The translations under genes and the position numbers were made by a program. The notes under the pieces were generated by a model. It had not been told where the DNA came from, made no database searches, and was given only the letters and a program-made list of their open reading frames with translations. Shown in pieces: positions 19,125 to 29,418 of a DNA stretch of 64,000 nucleotides; within the stretch, counting starts at the first letter, position 1, and the number at the start of each line of letters is the position of its first letter. Source of the DNA: an uncultured bacterium (GTDB taxonomy: Bacteria > Verrucomicrobiota > Verrucomicrobiia > Limisphaerales > UBA8199); assembly GCA_963749495.1 (NCBI GenBank), contig CAVVMW010000030.1, positions 64,001 to 128,000 on the forward strand, written 5' to 3'.

Positions 19125-19319
19125 ATGAAGGCAAAGACGACATTCATCATGGGCGCCCTGGCGCTCGCAGCAGCGGCGCAGAGCGAGGAGATCGTGGGAG
19201 TGGGGATGGTGCTTCAGGCCGATGGGGGAAGGGGACCAAGCGTCGGCTTGGTCCTGCCTGCGGGACCCGCGGCCAGGGCTGGGATCAGGCAGGGGTTTCT
19301 CATCTTGTCAATCGGGTGA
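19125..19319 (+). pseudogene. secreted PDZ-domain protein, truncated
   Basis: Signal peptide then IVGVGMVL..VGLVLPAGPAARAGIRQGFLILSI*. Confidence 0.6.
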
Positions 19320-19624
19320 TCTCCGAGGGCTTCCCCGTCGAGGACGTGGAGCCAAGACTCCAGGATTTGAAGGCAGAAAAGGTCCCGGAAAGCCTGCCCA
19401 ACGCAGGAGTCGAGGACGTGGAGGCAATCCTCCGGGATTCGAAGGGGTCGCCCTGATCATCAGGCCCTTACCCTTGGACAGTGTTCCCTGGTTTGGACGA
19501 TTGCATCGTTCACCTGGGTCGTGATCTCCAGATTCAGCAGGAGGGCTTGGAGCCGTTACGGAACGGCCGGTAATCATATTCGTGTGATTTTCGCGTTCGG
19601 CGCACATTACTTTTATGAACGAAG

Positions 19625-22600
19625 ATGAATACCGATAACCAATTGCTGGCGGAATACGCCCATAACGGCTCCGAGGGGGCCTTCCGGGAACTGGTTGAAC
19701 GGCACATCAACCTGGTGCATTCGGCCGCGCTGCGCGAGGCGCGGGGGAACGTGTCCTTCGCGGAAGACATTACCCAGGCAGTTTTTGCCGAACTGGCGGG
19801 CCGCGCTCTCAAGCTTGTATCCCACCCGGCCCTCTCGGGATGGCTCTATACCTGCGTGCGCCGGATGACTGCGAACTTGCGCCGGGCCGAGGATCGACGC
19901 CAACGTAGAGAACAGGAGGCTTTTACCATGAACGAATTACTGGGGCCGGACCCGGCCGATCAATTGTGGCAAGAAATCAGACCGGTGCTCGATAACGTCA
20001 TGCACGAACTCGACCAGGAGGATCGCACGGCGGTGGTGATGCGGTTTTTCGAGGGACGCAGTCTCAAGGAGGTGGGGACCGCCCTCGGGCTGACGGAGAA
20101 TGCGGCAAACATGCGAGTCGAGCGTTCTCTGGAAAAGCTGAACCGGTTGCTCTCGCGACGCGGCATCCACTCGACCAAGGCCACGCTGGCCGCCGTGCTC
20201 GTGGCCGCCGCCGTGGTGAGCGCGCCCTCGGCCCTCGCGGCGAGCGTCGCAACCGGCGCCCTGGCGACGGCGGCTGCCAAGGGGTCGGCGGCCTTCATCC
20301 TCGCGAAACTCCTGGCGCTGGCCAAAACCAAAACCGCTGTCCTCGGCGGATTGGCCGTCCTCGCGGCCGCCCTCGTCGTCACCTTCCACTCCATTCGCGT
20401 GAATTCTTCGCCAACGCCGGCGCCGATCGAACCTGCCGTTTCGCCTGCCGCCGCCTCCGACGCCAACAGCTCAGCGCAGGCGGATTCGGTTGTCCCGGCC
20501 GGCTCGCCCACAAATCCCCTTACCCCGCCACAAATGGCCTTGCAGCTTGTGGAAGCCGAGACCGGTGCCCCGCTGCCGGGGGCGAAACTGCACCTCTTTT
20601 ACTTGCTCGCCGACGGGCGCGGGAAGACCGTGAAGGCCGCCACAGATGCCAGCGGACGGCTGGGAGTGGACATCCCGCAAGCACCTTACTGCGCGCTGAA
20701 TCTGTTCGTCACGGCGGACGGCCACGTCCCGAAAGTCACCAGTTGGGGCTTCCGGCGCCCGATGCCTTCCGAATACACGATGCAGCTCGAACGCGGCACC
20801 ACCATCGCCGGACTGGTTCTGGACGAAGCCGGCCAACCTGTCGCCGGCGCGGAGATCCAATTCGAGGGCCCCGGCAACGATATGTCATTGGCAGAAAACA
20901 TCCAGTTTGGTCCCGACACACCCGCGAAAACGGACGCCAGCGGCCACTGGTCCTGCAACCTGATTCCCGAGAGCTTCGAGCAGATTTCCCTGCTCATAAC
21001 CCATCAGGACTATGCCGAGACAAATCTCCAAGTCCGGCCGGCCGCCCCAGATGCCGGCAAGCTCGTCATCACCCTGCCGGCCGGCTTCTCCGTCGCGGGC
21101 CTCGTCCAGGACTCGAACGCCCAGCCCATTGAAGGCGCGACGGTCCGCCAGGTGCGTCTGAACCAGGAAAATGAGCGTTCCAGGACCACGGATGCTTCAG
21201 GAGCGTTCGAATTCAGGAACGCGAAGGCAGGCGAGTTGGTGCTGGCAGTTCAGGCGCAAGGATTTGCGCCGGCAGTGCGGACCCTCCAGATCGCCACCAA
21301 CGAGTCCGCGCTCCGGTTCCAACTCGGTCCCGGCCAACTCCTGCGCGGCCGTGTGGTGGATGAGGCCGGCGCACCCGTTACCAACGCCTTCGTGGAGACC
21401 ACCCGGAGGGCCGTCAACAAAATCAGATGGTCCACGAACACCGATGCCGGCGGCCGGTTCGCGTGGGATTCCGCTCCCCCGGAGCCGCTGCTCTACTCTG
21501 TCCTGGCCGAAGGCTTTAACCGGGCTTACGCCCTGACGCTCCAGGCCGATGGCTCGGAGCACGAAATCAAGCTGACGCGCTACCAACCGGACAAGGACAC
21601 GATTAAAATCACCGGAACCGTGGTCAACGCCGAGAACAGCCTGCCGCTGGATGCCTTTAAGGTATTCGTGGCCGAGCTTGAGCCCGAATGGGCCTTCCCG
21701 CCGGCCTTTTACACGGCGGGCAAAGACGGGGACTTCGCCCTGTCAATTCCTTCGAAATCGAGCCACCCCGGTTACCAGATCCAGATTGAGAAAGAAGGTT
21801 ATCTGCCCGCGGCGTCGGCGAGTCTGCTAAGAAGGGACGGCAATCAGGCGTTGCGATTCGAGCTGCGCAAAGGCGCCGGTCCCTCCGGCCTGGTGCTCCT
21901 TCCGAGCGGCGAACCCGCCGCTAACGCGACGGTGCTTTTATGCACCTCTTTTGCGGGAGTGACCCTGGGTGGTCCCGCCCATGTTCAAACAGGCCTCAAC
22001 ACGACTACCTACCGGACGCAAACCGACGGCACGGGGAGATTCTCGCTGGCTCCCGCCATCGATCCCCAGGGACTCATTATCGTTCACGACCAGGGCTACG
22101 CCGAGGCCAGCCTGGCTCAACTCGCGGCGTCAGGCACGGTGAGGCTGCAACCCTGGGGGCGCCTGGAAGGCAAGCTGATGCTCGAGTCCCGGCCCGGCGC
22201 CAACGAGCACGTCGAGGCCTGCAACCAGGTGATGCGCTATTCCGATGCCGGACGCCACTTTAGCTTCCTGAACTGGCGGCTCGAAGCGACCACGGATGCC
22301 GAGGGGAAATTCTCCTTCGACAAAGTGCCGCCCGGCCAATGCGAAATCTTCCGTCAACAAAAGGTGTCCCACTCCTTCTTTGTGACGCATGAGACCCGGG
22401 CATCAATCACGGCTGGAGAAGTGGCCGAGGTGGTCCTGGGCGGCGCAGGCCGGTCGCTGGCCGGAACAGCCGTCCTGCCCGGGGCAGCGGGCATTGACTG
22501 GCGAAGCGTGGCGATCACGCTGAAATCGAAAACCGGCGGCGAACCGGGCCGAGGCCAAGGCTCCAGGACTTTTCATCCGTCCAGGCATATATCGCCGCCG

Positions 22601-22887
22601 ACGAGCGTTTCTTCCAGGCCATCCAGGCGCAGCGGCACTTTGGCACGATCTGTGACGCTGATGGTTCGTTTCGCCTGTCGGACCTGCCCGCCGGGACCTA
22701 TGAGCTGCGTATCGAGGTGCGTGATTCCAAGGCAAACTCAGTCTCTCCGCACGACATCTCCGATCCCACTCCCGTTCTCGCTTCCCTCGTCCGTGAGGTC
22801 GTCGTCCCCGAGGGCCAAAGCGCTGAAGCGCTTGACCTCGGAACCTTGGAATTGGCGCGTCCGCAAAGCAATGCCTCGGCGGAGTGA
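19625..22887 (+). CDS. ECF sigma-70 factor fused to a TM and carboxypeptidase-regulatory-like domains; single frameshift near 22548
   Basis: DNQLLAEY..AFRELVERHINLVHSAALR..AEDITQAVF..LSGWLY; repeated G-V-D--G-P--GA-V..TD--G-F domains; the alternative frame after 22548 gives DADGSFRLSDLPAGTYELRIEV..LDLGTLEL, stop at 22887. Confidence 0.85.
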
Positions 22888-22906
22888 AAAAGTCAGAGTT
22901 TGGAGA

Positions 22907-24337
22907 TTATTGCGCCGGCGACTGAGCCTGTCCATCTGGATCCCATTTATCGTCGTAACCTCGAGCTGAACCCAGCTTCCAATCGTTGCCGACCCTAACC
23001 GCCGGCTGAATGATGAACACCGGCCCCCGGCCCCCGGCTAGCGCAGGGTCTATGTCAATTTTTACCCTCAACTCGACCCTGTCCTCCGCCAAGGTCTTCC
23101 GGGCGACCACTTGCATTCCTTTCAAAAGGGTGCCCTTTTCGCTCTGGTCGTGCTCGAACCGCTCGCGCGAGCGGGGGTCGTTCAGTTCATGCTCATGCAG
23201 CTCGGGGCTGTAACTGGCGACGGCCTGCTCATAGTTGCCGGTTGCCAGCGCCCAGAACTGCGACTCCAGCGCTGCCTCGGGCGTGGCGTAACCCGCGAAG
23301 GCAAGTTGGTCTTTGGATATGTATCGGCCTGGATTGGCCGGGGATTGTCCGGAACCAACGGGGGGCGCGGCCGCCTGGTTGGCGCGCTGCTGTGCGGCGT
23401 CGCGTTCCCGGCGCAATTGGCCGACCTCGTTGCGCAGACGAAGCAACTCGGCATTGTCCTTCTGCAGGCGGGCCAGGTCCTCCTTCGCGGCTTGGGTGGC
23501 CCGCGAAGCCACTCTGAGCTCTGCGGCTGACTGCTGGCGCTGTGCGATGAGGTTCTGGTTGTCGGTCTTCAGGCCCTCGATCTGGCGCTGCTGGACCAGG
23601 TAAGTGACTGTCCCGGCCAGGAAGGCTGCGCCGACGGCCGCGATGATCGTTTTTGCGCTGAACATACTCGTGAGGATTGCGTGGGTTGCTGTGGTAGCCG
23701 CCGCCGCGGTGCCCGCCAGGGTAGTGGCCATGATGGCCGCGGAGAGCCCGGCTGGGACAGCAGTGGTGGTGCTGGCGGCCAGAGCGGTTGCCAGCAGGAC
23801 GGAGGTGACAGTAATGCCCTGGGCGGCAAACACGGTCCGCAGCTTCTCCAGGGCGCGGTTGACCCGCATCCGGGCGGCGTCTTCGCTGATGCCCAGTTCC
23901 TGGCCGACCTCGCGGAGGCTGCGGTCCTCGAAATAGCGCAGGACCAGGGCATCGCGCTCGACTTCGTCGAGTTCGGTCATCGCCGGCTCCAGGTGCTCGA
24001 GGATGCGGCTGGTATCGTCGGTCGTTTGCAGGGGTTGCATGGCAACGGCGGCCTGTTCGCGTTGGCGGCGGCGCTGTTCGCCGCGCACGGCGTGCATCGC
24101 CAGGTGACGGGTGGTGTGATAGAGCCAGCCGCCGACAATGGGGGAAGTGCCGAGCGCGCCGGCTTTTTGGACCAGGGTGGCAAACACGTTCTGGGCAACG
24201 TCCTCGGCCAGATGCTCATCATGCACCATCCGCCGCGCGGTGGAATAAACCATGGGCAGATGCCGGGCCACCAGTTCGCGGAAGGCCTCCTGCGACTGGC
24301 TCTGGACATATTCCTGCAGCAACTGCCGGTCATCCAT
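22907..24337 (-). CDS. ECF sigma-70 factor with TM and C-terminal extension
   Basis: MDDRQLLQEY..AFRELVARHLPMVYSTARR..LRYFEDRSLREVG..SEDAARMRVNRALEKLR; then ELLRLRNEVGQLRRE..AFAGYATPEAALES. Confidence 0.92.
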   Translation of the reverse strand: MDDRQLLQEYVQSQSQEAFRELVARHLPMVYSTARRMVHDEHLAEDVAQNVFATLVQKAGALGTSPIVGGWLYHTTRHLAMHAVRGEQRRRQREQAAVAMQPLQTTDDTSRILEHLEPAMTELDEVERDALVLRYFEDRSLREVGQELGISEDAARMRVNRALEKLRTVFAAQGITVTSVLLATALAASTTTAVPAGLSAAIMATTLAGTAAAATTATHAILTSMFSAKTIIAAVGAAFLAGTVTYLVQQRQIEGLKTDNQNLIAQRQQSAAELRVASRATQAAKEDLARLQKDNAELLRLRNEVGQLRRERDAAQQRANQAAAPPVGSGQSPANPGRYISKDQLAFAGYATPEAALESQFWALATGNYEQAVASYSPELHEHELNDPRSRERFEHDQSEKGTLLKGMQVVARKTLAEDRVELRVKIDIDPALAGGRGPVFIIQPAVRVGNDWKLGSARGYDDKWDPDGQAQSPAQ

Positions 24338-24398
24338 AACACGTTTACTATTCAGTTCCCGCAGCATGCCAAAAGCGAACAGGAGAGGTACGAAAAAA

Positions 24399-24549
24399 GT
24401 AACTCTTCAGGTGTGGGGCAGACCTCTGGTCTGCCGGTTCATGGAGCCTCCGGCTCCGTTTCCCTCGCAGTCGCGAGGCTGGGGGCCAGAGGCCCCTGCA
24501 ACCGGCAGACCGGAGGTCTGCCCCACGCGTGCCCACCTGAACATTTGCC
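24399..24549 (+). repeat. 151-bp palindromic MITE/REPIN-like element, copy 1
   Basis: GTAACT.TTCAGGTG-TGGGGCAGACC..GGTCTGCC...GGCAGACC..GGTCTGCCCCAC..CACCTGAAC; near-identical inverted copy at 30818..30968. Confidence 0.85.
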
Positions 24550-24561
24550 GAAAAAAATGTC

Positions 24562-24602
24562 TTGACCGGCGGGCAGAACTGTCATAGTGTTGTATAACAG
24601 TT
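24562..24602 (+). promoter_or_regulatory. sigma70-type promoter overlapped by a YtrA/GntR-type palindromic operator
   Basis: TTGACC-17-TAGTGT; AACTGTCATAGTGTTGTATAACAGTT inverted repeat at 24577-24602 just upstream of the GntR gene. Confidence 0.65.
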
Positions 24603-24610
24603 GAACAGTT

Positions 24611-25018
24611 ATGATCTTTCAAGTCGATTTCCAGGCCGGCAAGCCGGTCTATATCCAACTGGCCGACCAGATCCGATACGCCGCCGCTTCCGGCCGGTTG
24701 CGGCCGGGCGAACCGCTCCCGTCCCTGCGCCCCCTGGCGGAGGAGTTGCGCATCAACCGGAACACGATCGCCAAGGCCTATGCCGAGTTGGAAGGCCAGG
24801 GCATCATCGAGACCATTCCCGGCAAAGGTTTCTTTCTCAGGAAAAACAACTCGCCGTTCACGGAGGATGTCCGGCAACGCCTGCTGCGGACGGAGATCGA
24901 CCAGGCGGTCGTGATGGCGCATCACCTGCAGGTGGGCCGGCAGAAATTCCTCGGCTTGGTCGAGGAACGGCTCGACTATTTCGAACGCAAGTCCGGGACC
25001 GCCAAGGACGGCAACTGA
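24611..25018 (+). CDS. GntR (YtrA subfamily) transcriptional regulator
   Basis: PVYIQLADQIR..LRPGEPLPSLRPLAEELRINRNTIAKAYAELE..PGKGFF; short C-terminus; followed by an ABC ATPase. Confidence 0.93.
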   Translation: MIFQVDFQAGKPVYIQLADQIRYAAASGRLRPGEPLPSLRPLAEELRINRNTIAKAYAELEGQGIIETIPGKGFFLRKNNSPFTEDVRQRLLRTEIDQAVVMAHHLQVGRQKFLGLVEERLDYFERKSGTAKDGN

Positions 25019-25034
25019 ACCAAGAGAAAACGCT

Positions 25035-25943
25035 ATGCAAACTGAAGCTCCAGTCATCGAGATCACCAATCTAAGCCGCTGCTACGGCAAAGTGGAGGCC
25101 GTCAACGGCCTGAGCTTGAAGGTCCGCGCCGGGCGCTGCTACGGGTTCTTCGGACGCAACGGGGCGGGCAAGACGACGACGATCAAGTGCCTGCTCAATC
25201 TCCTGCAGCCGGGTTCGGGGAGCGTGCGCGTCTTCGGCCTGGACCCGCGGAAGAGCGAGGTGGCGGTCAAATCGCGGCTCTCTTATGTGCCCGATGCCGT
25301 GGCGTTCTATCCCTGGATGACGGTGAACCAGACCTTGGGATTCCTGGCCTCGTTCCGCCGGCGGTGGAATCGAGACCTGGAGGCGGATTTGCTGAAGCGG
25401 TTCCAGCTCGATCCGGCGCGCAAGTCCAGCGAGCTCTCCAAAGGGCAGAAGACGCAACTGGCGCTCATCGGCGCCGTGTGCCCGGAGCCGGAACTGCTGG
25501 TCCTGGACGAGCCAACGTCCGGGCTGGACCCGATTGTGCGGCGGGAGTTTATCCAGACGGTAATCGGGGCCTACCACGCGGCCGAGCCGGAGCACCGGAC
25601 CGTCTTTGTTTCGACGCACCTGATCGGCGAGTTCGAGGGATTGATTGATGAGTTTACCATCATCGAGCAGGGCCGCGAGCTGCTGACGCTGCCGGCCGAG
25701 GACGCGCGGGAACGGTTCCGGCGAATCCGCGCCGTGTTTCCCCAGGAACCGGCGGGCCTGGACCTGGCCGGGGCGCTGAGCGTGCGGTGGTCGGGCCGCG
25801 AGGTGGAGGTCCTGGCCGATGGAAACAGCCGGCAGTTGGTGGAAAGGCTCCAGGCGCGGCGGCCCGACGAGTTGCGCTGCGATTCGCTGACGCTGGAGGA
25901 GATTTTTGTGGCGGCGGGGACTCTTTCCAAGGCACGGCTATGA
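25035..25943 (+). CDS. ABC-2 type exporter ATP-binding protein
   Basis: GRNGAGKTT, LSKGQ, LLVLDEPTSGLDP, STH. Confidence 0.95.
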   Translation: MQTEAPVIEITNLSRCYGKVEAVNGLSLKVRAGRCYGFFGRNGAGKTTTIKCLLNLLQPGSGSVRVFGLDPRKSEVAVKSRLSYVPDAVAFYPWMTVNQTLGFLASFRRRWNRDLEADLLKRFQLDPARKSSELSKGQKTQLALIGAVCPEPELLVLDEPTSGLDPIVRREFIQTVIGAYHAAEPEHRTVFVSTHLIGEFEGLIDEFTIIEQGRELLTLPAEDARERFRRIRAVFPQEPAGLDLAGALSVRWSGREVEVLADGNSRQLVERLQARRPDELRCDSLTLEEIFVAAGTLSKARL

Positions 25944-28549
25944 GCGCGCTGGTGAGCAAAGAAGTCCGGTTGGTGTTGCCCGCTTACGCGATGGCGCTGG
26001 TGTTGGCGGTGGCGCCCATCTGGTTGTTCCCCAACCCGGAGAGCACGGCCTCGGACGGGGCGGTGGTTTTCTTCTGGTTTGGGGCGGCGATGCTTGCCCT
26101 GTCCTCCTTTGGGCGCGAGTTCGGGATGAACACGTTTTCGCTGATCCTGGTCCAGCCGCTGGAGCGCGCCCGGATTTGGCGGGCGAAGGTCGGAGTGCTG
26201 GCGGGCGCGATGGCCAGCCTGCTGGCGGCCTGGTGTCTGTCCTGGGCTGCGGCTGTCCCGCTGGGCAGGGGTCGCTCCGGCCTGGGGGAGACGCTGGCGG
26301 TCGGCGGGGTGAGCGTGGCGGTCGCCCTCGCGGGAGGGCTATGGACGACGTTGTTGTTCCGCCAGGTGGCGGCGGCGTTCTGGTTTACGCTGCTGGTGCC
26401 CGGGGCGATCGTGGTGCTGACAACAAGCGCGCGGACCCCGGTGATGGTGACCTACGCGGCGCTGCTCGCCTATTCAGCGGGCGGTTTCTGGCTGGCGTGG
26501 TGGCAATTCCACCGGGCGCAGGAGACCGGCTGGACCGGCGGCCTGGTGGCTCTGACCGGCTGGCGGAGGAGCGCGGCCGCGTCCACCACCGGTGTGCGTG
26601 CGCGGCGTTCGCTCAGGGCCCTGCTGTGGAAGGAACTGCAACTGCACCAGGTGGGGTTGGCGGGCATGGCCTTGCTGTTCCTCCTCCACCTCGGGGTGGT
26701 GGCCATCCGCAAGGCCGGGGCGCAGGCCCTCGGGGACAACGTCCGCGCGGCCCTCGAGATGTTCGGCGCGATTTGGCTTATTGTGCCCCTGGTCCTGGCC
26801 AGCGCGAGCGTGGCCGAGGAGCGCAAGCTGGGCACCATGGACTCGATGATGTGCCAGCCGGTCTCGACCCGCCTCCAATTTGGCATCAAGCTGCTTTTTG
26901 CGCTGGTCCTGGGCGGGCTGCTCAGCGCCGCTTTGCTTTGGACGGCGGAGAGCATCGGGGCCTCTTTTGGGGTGGGCACGATAATCGGCGGTCCGAAACC
27001 ATCCATCGAGAACCTGCCGGTGCTCTTCCCTTTGAGCGGGGTCTTTCTGGCACTCGCCCTCATCGGCTTTTACGCCTCAACGGCCTCGCGCCATATCGTG
27101 CAAGCCATGGCAGTGGCTGTGGCGGCCAGCCTCGGGCTTTGGATGGCCATCACAGTGGCTTCCAGGCCGCTCGAGGTCTTCGGGGTCCTGCTGTGGGGGA
27201 GCAGCCTGGCGCACTATGTGGGCTTGCCGACGCTGGTGGGTTGTTTCCTTTGGCTGGCATGGCGCAACTTCAAGTCCGTTTCCGGGGGTGGCGGCCTATG
27301 GCGTCAGAACCTCCTCGCCCTGGCCGGTTCGCTCGTGTTTATTGCCGGGGCGACCTCGCTGCTATACAACCGTGCCTGGGAGTGGGTGACGCCGTTGGAA
27401 GCCGCGCATGGCCCCGCGAAGATAGCCGGACCCAACGCAGTGCACTTTAGCTCCTACGGCGGTTCAGCGCTCTTGGCTGTGATGTCCGACGGGCGGCTCT
27501 GGGTGGACCAAGTGGCCTATTACCCAGGCCGGCCAATTATGGTTCTTTACGGGGACGGCGGGATCTGCGTGGGAGGGAAATGGACCAGCCTCAGCGGCAA
27601 TCATTTTGTCGCGGGCACCAATTGGGTGGACGCGGCGGCGAACTACAAGGAGACGATTGGCATCCGGTCCGACGGCTTGCTGTGGGTCTCCGAAAAGCCG
27701 CGGCGCTGGCGCGAAGACGCGCCCTTCGCCGTGGAAGACCCGGCTCCCCTGGTGCGGTTTGGCGCCCAAACAGACTGGCAGGGCGTCGCCCGGGACTACA
27801 CCGAGGCGGCGACGCTCCTGAAGAAGGACGGGACGCTCTGGAGTTGGGGCACGAACTCCTGGAGTGGCAGAGCGGAATGGCCCGGGTTTCGTTCCTTCCA
27901 GCCGCGCCGGTTGGGGACGGAATCGGACTGGGCGAAGATCCTGTCGAATGAGGGTTTGATTTATCTGTGGAAGGCTGACGGGAGCGCCTGGTGGCTCCAT
28001 CATACAAGCCAACCTCCCCGCACCGGTGCTGCCGAAGGGGAGCCGGGGACAGTGATCGAGCGAATGCGGGGCCTGGATAACCTCCGATGGCAGAGCTTGG
28101 CGCGATTCAGGAGTCTTGAGGCGGGTGTCCGGGAGGATGGCACCCTTTGGGGTTGGAAGCTGGGGCCGCCGGCCAAGCCTGGGCCAGACTCGGCTTACTC
28201 CCCCAAATTGGCGCAAGTCGGGAAGGACACGGATTGGTGCGCGGTCGGCGGCGGCCATGAGATTATAGTGGCGCTCAAGGCCGATGGCTCGATCTGGACG
28301 TGGGAGTTTTCGAGGGTGCTCGACGAATTGTCTCGATTGCTGTCAGGGCCGCCCACGCAGCTTGGCTCGCGCCGTGATTGGGTCGCAGTTGGCAACTACT
28401 GGGCAGGGGCTGTTACCCTGGCGGCCGACGGCAGCCTCTGGTTCTGGCATCCCCGAGGCCGCGGGTTTTACGCGCCCTCGGACCAGCCGTTGCTGGCGCC
28501 CTCCCGAAGGCCGGCAAAGATCGAGAACATCTTGGAGGGGAGGAATTGA
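25940..28549 (+). CDS. ABC permease (duplicated ABC-2 TM module) fused to an RCC1-like extracellular domain
   Basis: ATGA overlap with the ATPase; LVSKEVR / LLWKELQ and FGREF / VAEERKLGT duplicated halves; C-terminal K.DGTLWSWG..LGTESDW repeats. Confidence 0.85.
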   Translation: MSALVSKEVRLVLPAYAMALVLAVAPIWLFPNPESTASDGAVVFFWFGAAMLALSSFGREFGMNTFSLILVQPLERARIWRAKVGVLAGAMASLLAAWCLSWAAAVPLGRGRSGLGETLAVGGVSVAVALAGGLWTTLLFRQVAAAFWFTLLVPGAIVVLTTSARTPVMVTYAALLAYSAGGFWLAWWQFHRAQETGWTGGLVALTGWRRSAAASTTGVRARRSLRALLWKELQLHQVGLAGMALLFLLHLGVVAIRKAGAQALGDNVRAALEMFGAIWLIVPLVLASASVAEERKLGTMDSMMCQPVSTRLQFGIKLLFALVLGGLLSAALLWTAESIGASFGVGTIIGGPKPSIENLPVLFPLSGVFLALALIGFYASTASRHIVQAMAVAVAASLGLWMAITVASRPLEVFGVLLWGSSLAHYVGLPTLVGCFLWLAWRNFKSVSGGGGLWRQNLLALAGSLVFIAGATSLLYNRAWEWVTPLEAAHGPAKIAGPNAVHFSSYGGSALLAVMSDGRLWVDQVAYYPGRPIMVLYGDGGICVGGKWTSLSGNHFVAGTNWVDAAANYKETIGIRSDGLLWVSEKPRRWREDAPFAVEDPAPLVRFGAQTDWQGVARDYTEAATLLKKDGTLWSWGTNSWSGRAEWPGFRSFQPRRLGTESDWAKILSNEGLIYLWKADGSAWWLHHTSQPPRTGAAEGEPGTVIERMRGLDNLRWQSLARFRSLEAGVREDGTLWGWKLGPPAKPGPDSAYSPKLAQVGKDTDWCAVGGGHEIIVALKADGSIWTWEFSRVLDELSRLLSGPPTQLGSRRDWVAVGNYWAGAVTLAADGSLWFWHPRGRGFYAPSDQPLLAPSRRPAKIENILEGRN

Positions 28550-28629
28550 GCCGGGTGATCCTCCTATCGGATCAAATGGTTCAGCGACCCGCCACCTTCA
28601 GCCACGCGGCCAGCTTTCCAGACCATTTA

Positions 28630-28736
28630 ACCACCGCAGCCCGGGCGCAGATGTCCGGGTGCGAAATCAAAACTACCGGGTGCTCGCCCCCCTTGTCTGG
28701 GAAATTGAAGCGCCAAACGTCGAACTGGTCCTTCAT
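28630..28736 (-). pseudogene. PemK/MazF-like toxin remnant
   Basis: ATGA overlap with the upstream gene; MKDQFDVWRFNFPDKG..EHPVVLISHPD, frameshifted in a G run and truncated. Confidence 0.55.
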
Positions 28737-28960
28737 TCCGGTCCCTGGACACAGGCCGACAGGATAGCCAGTTGCTCGGCGTCCCGCTCCGGGGTCATGT
28801 ATTTGAGCAGGCTCCCGCGGGGAAACATCGCCTTCCGTTCTGCCTTGATGGGCACCAAGGTAATGCTGCCATCCCCGTGATGCGTATAACCAAACACCTG
28901 CCTCGGTTCAGCGTCCGGGATGCGAATCCGCTTGCTGTCATCAACCGTCAAGGTCTTCAT
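28733..28960 (-). CDS. AbrB/MazE-like antitoxin
   Basis: MKTLTVDDSKRIRIPDAEPRQVF..GDGSITLVPI; directly upstream of the MazF-like remnant. Confidence 0.6.
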   Translation of the reverse strand: MKTLTVDDSKRIRIPDAEPRQVFGYTHHGDGSITLVPIKAERKAMFPRGSLLKYMTPERDAEQLAILSACVQGPE

Positions 28961-29133
28961 GGCAGTAATTTCCCGCCTTTTCGGATTCGAGTCAAGCCTC
29001 TCGACCGGGACAGCCCTCCTGCCGATGTGTTGGCGCCATGATCAGCCCGAGGGCCTCATCCCGTCTGGCGGTCGGCCGAGGGGCCGATGGACGCAAGCTT
29101 GCATCGAGCCGCGCGAAGGAGTACTTTTTTTCC

Positions 29134-29331
29134 ATGACGGACAAACAGGCCGTGGTTGACGCCCTTCAGAGGCTGCCAGAGAACGCCTCTCTCGAGGAGA
29201 TTACCGAGGAATTACGCATCATGGCAGCGGTCCGGCGCGGACGCGCCGATGTTGCTGCTGGCCGCACCAAGACCCACGAGGAAGCTGAAGACCTGCTTGA
29301 GTCTTGGGCAACAGCATGGACTTCAAAGTAA
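29134..29331 (+). CDS. putative antitoxin (addiction-module type); only the first codons of a RelE/ParE-like gene follow
   Basis: KQAVVDALQRLPENASLEEITEEL..VRRGRADVAAGRTKTHEE; overlapping MDFKVMF* downstream. Confidence 0.6.
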   Translation: MTDKQAVVDALQRLPENASLEEITEELRIMAAVRRGRADVAAGRTKTHEEAEDLLESWATAWTSK

Positions 29332-29418
29332 TGTTCTGAACAGCCATCATTCGGGTCCCTGCGTGCCGGGGGAAGGCAATCTGGATCCGTTGGTTCTGAG
29401 GCCGTACCCGGTAAAGTT

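Noticed and set aside
29385..29418. Short NFTGYGLRT-coding echo just downstream of the Uma2 gene
   Set aside because: About 30 bp; possibly the scar of a tandem Uma2 paralogue but too short to support.
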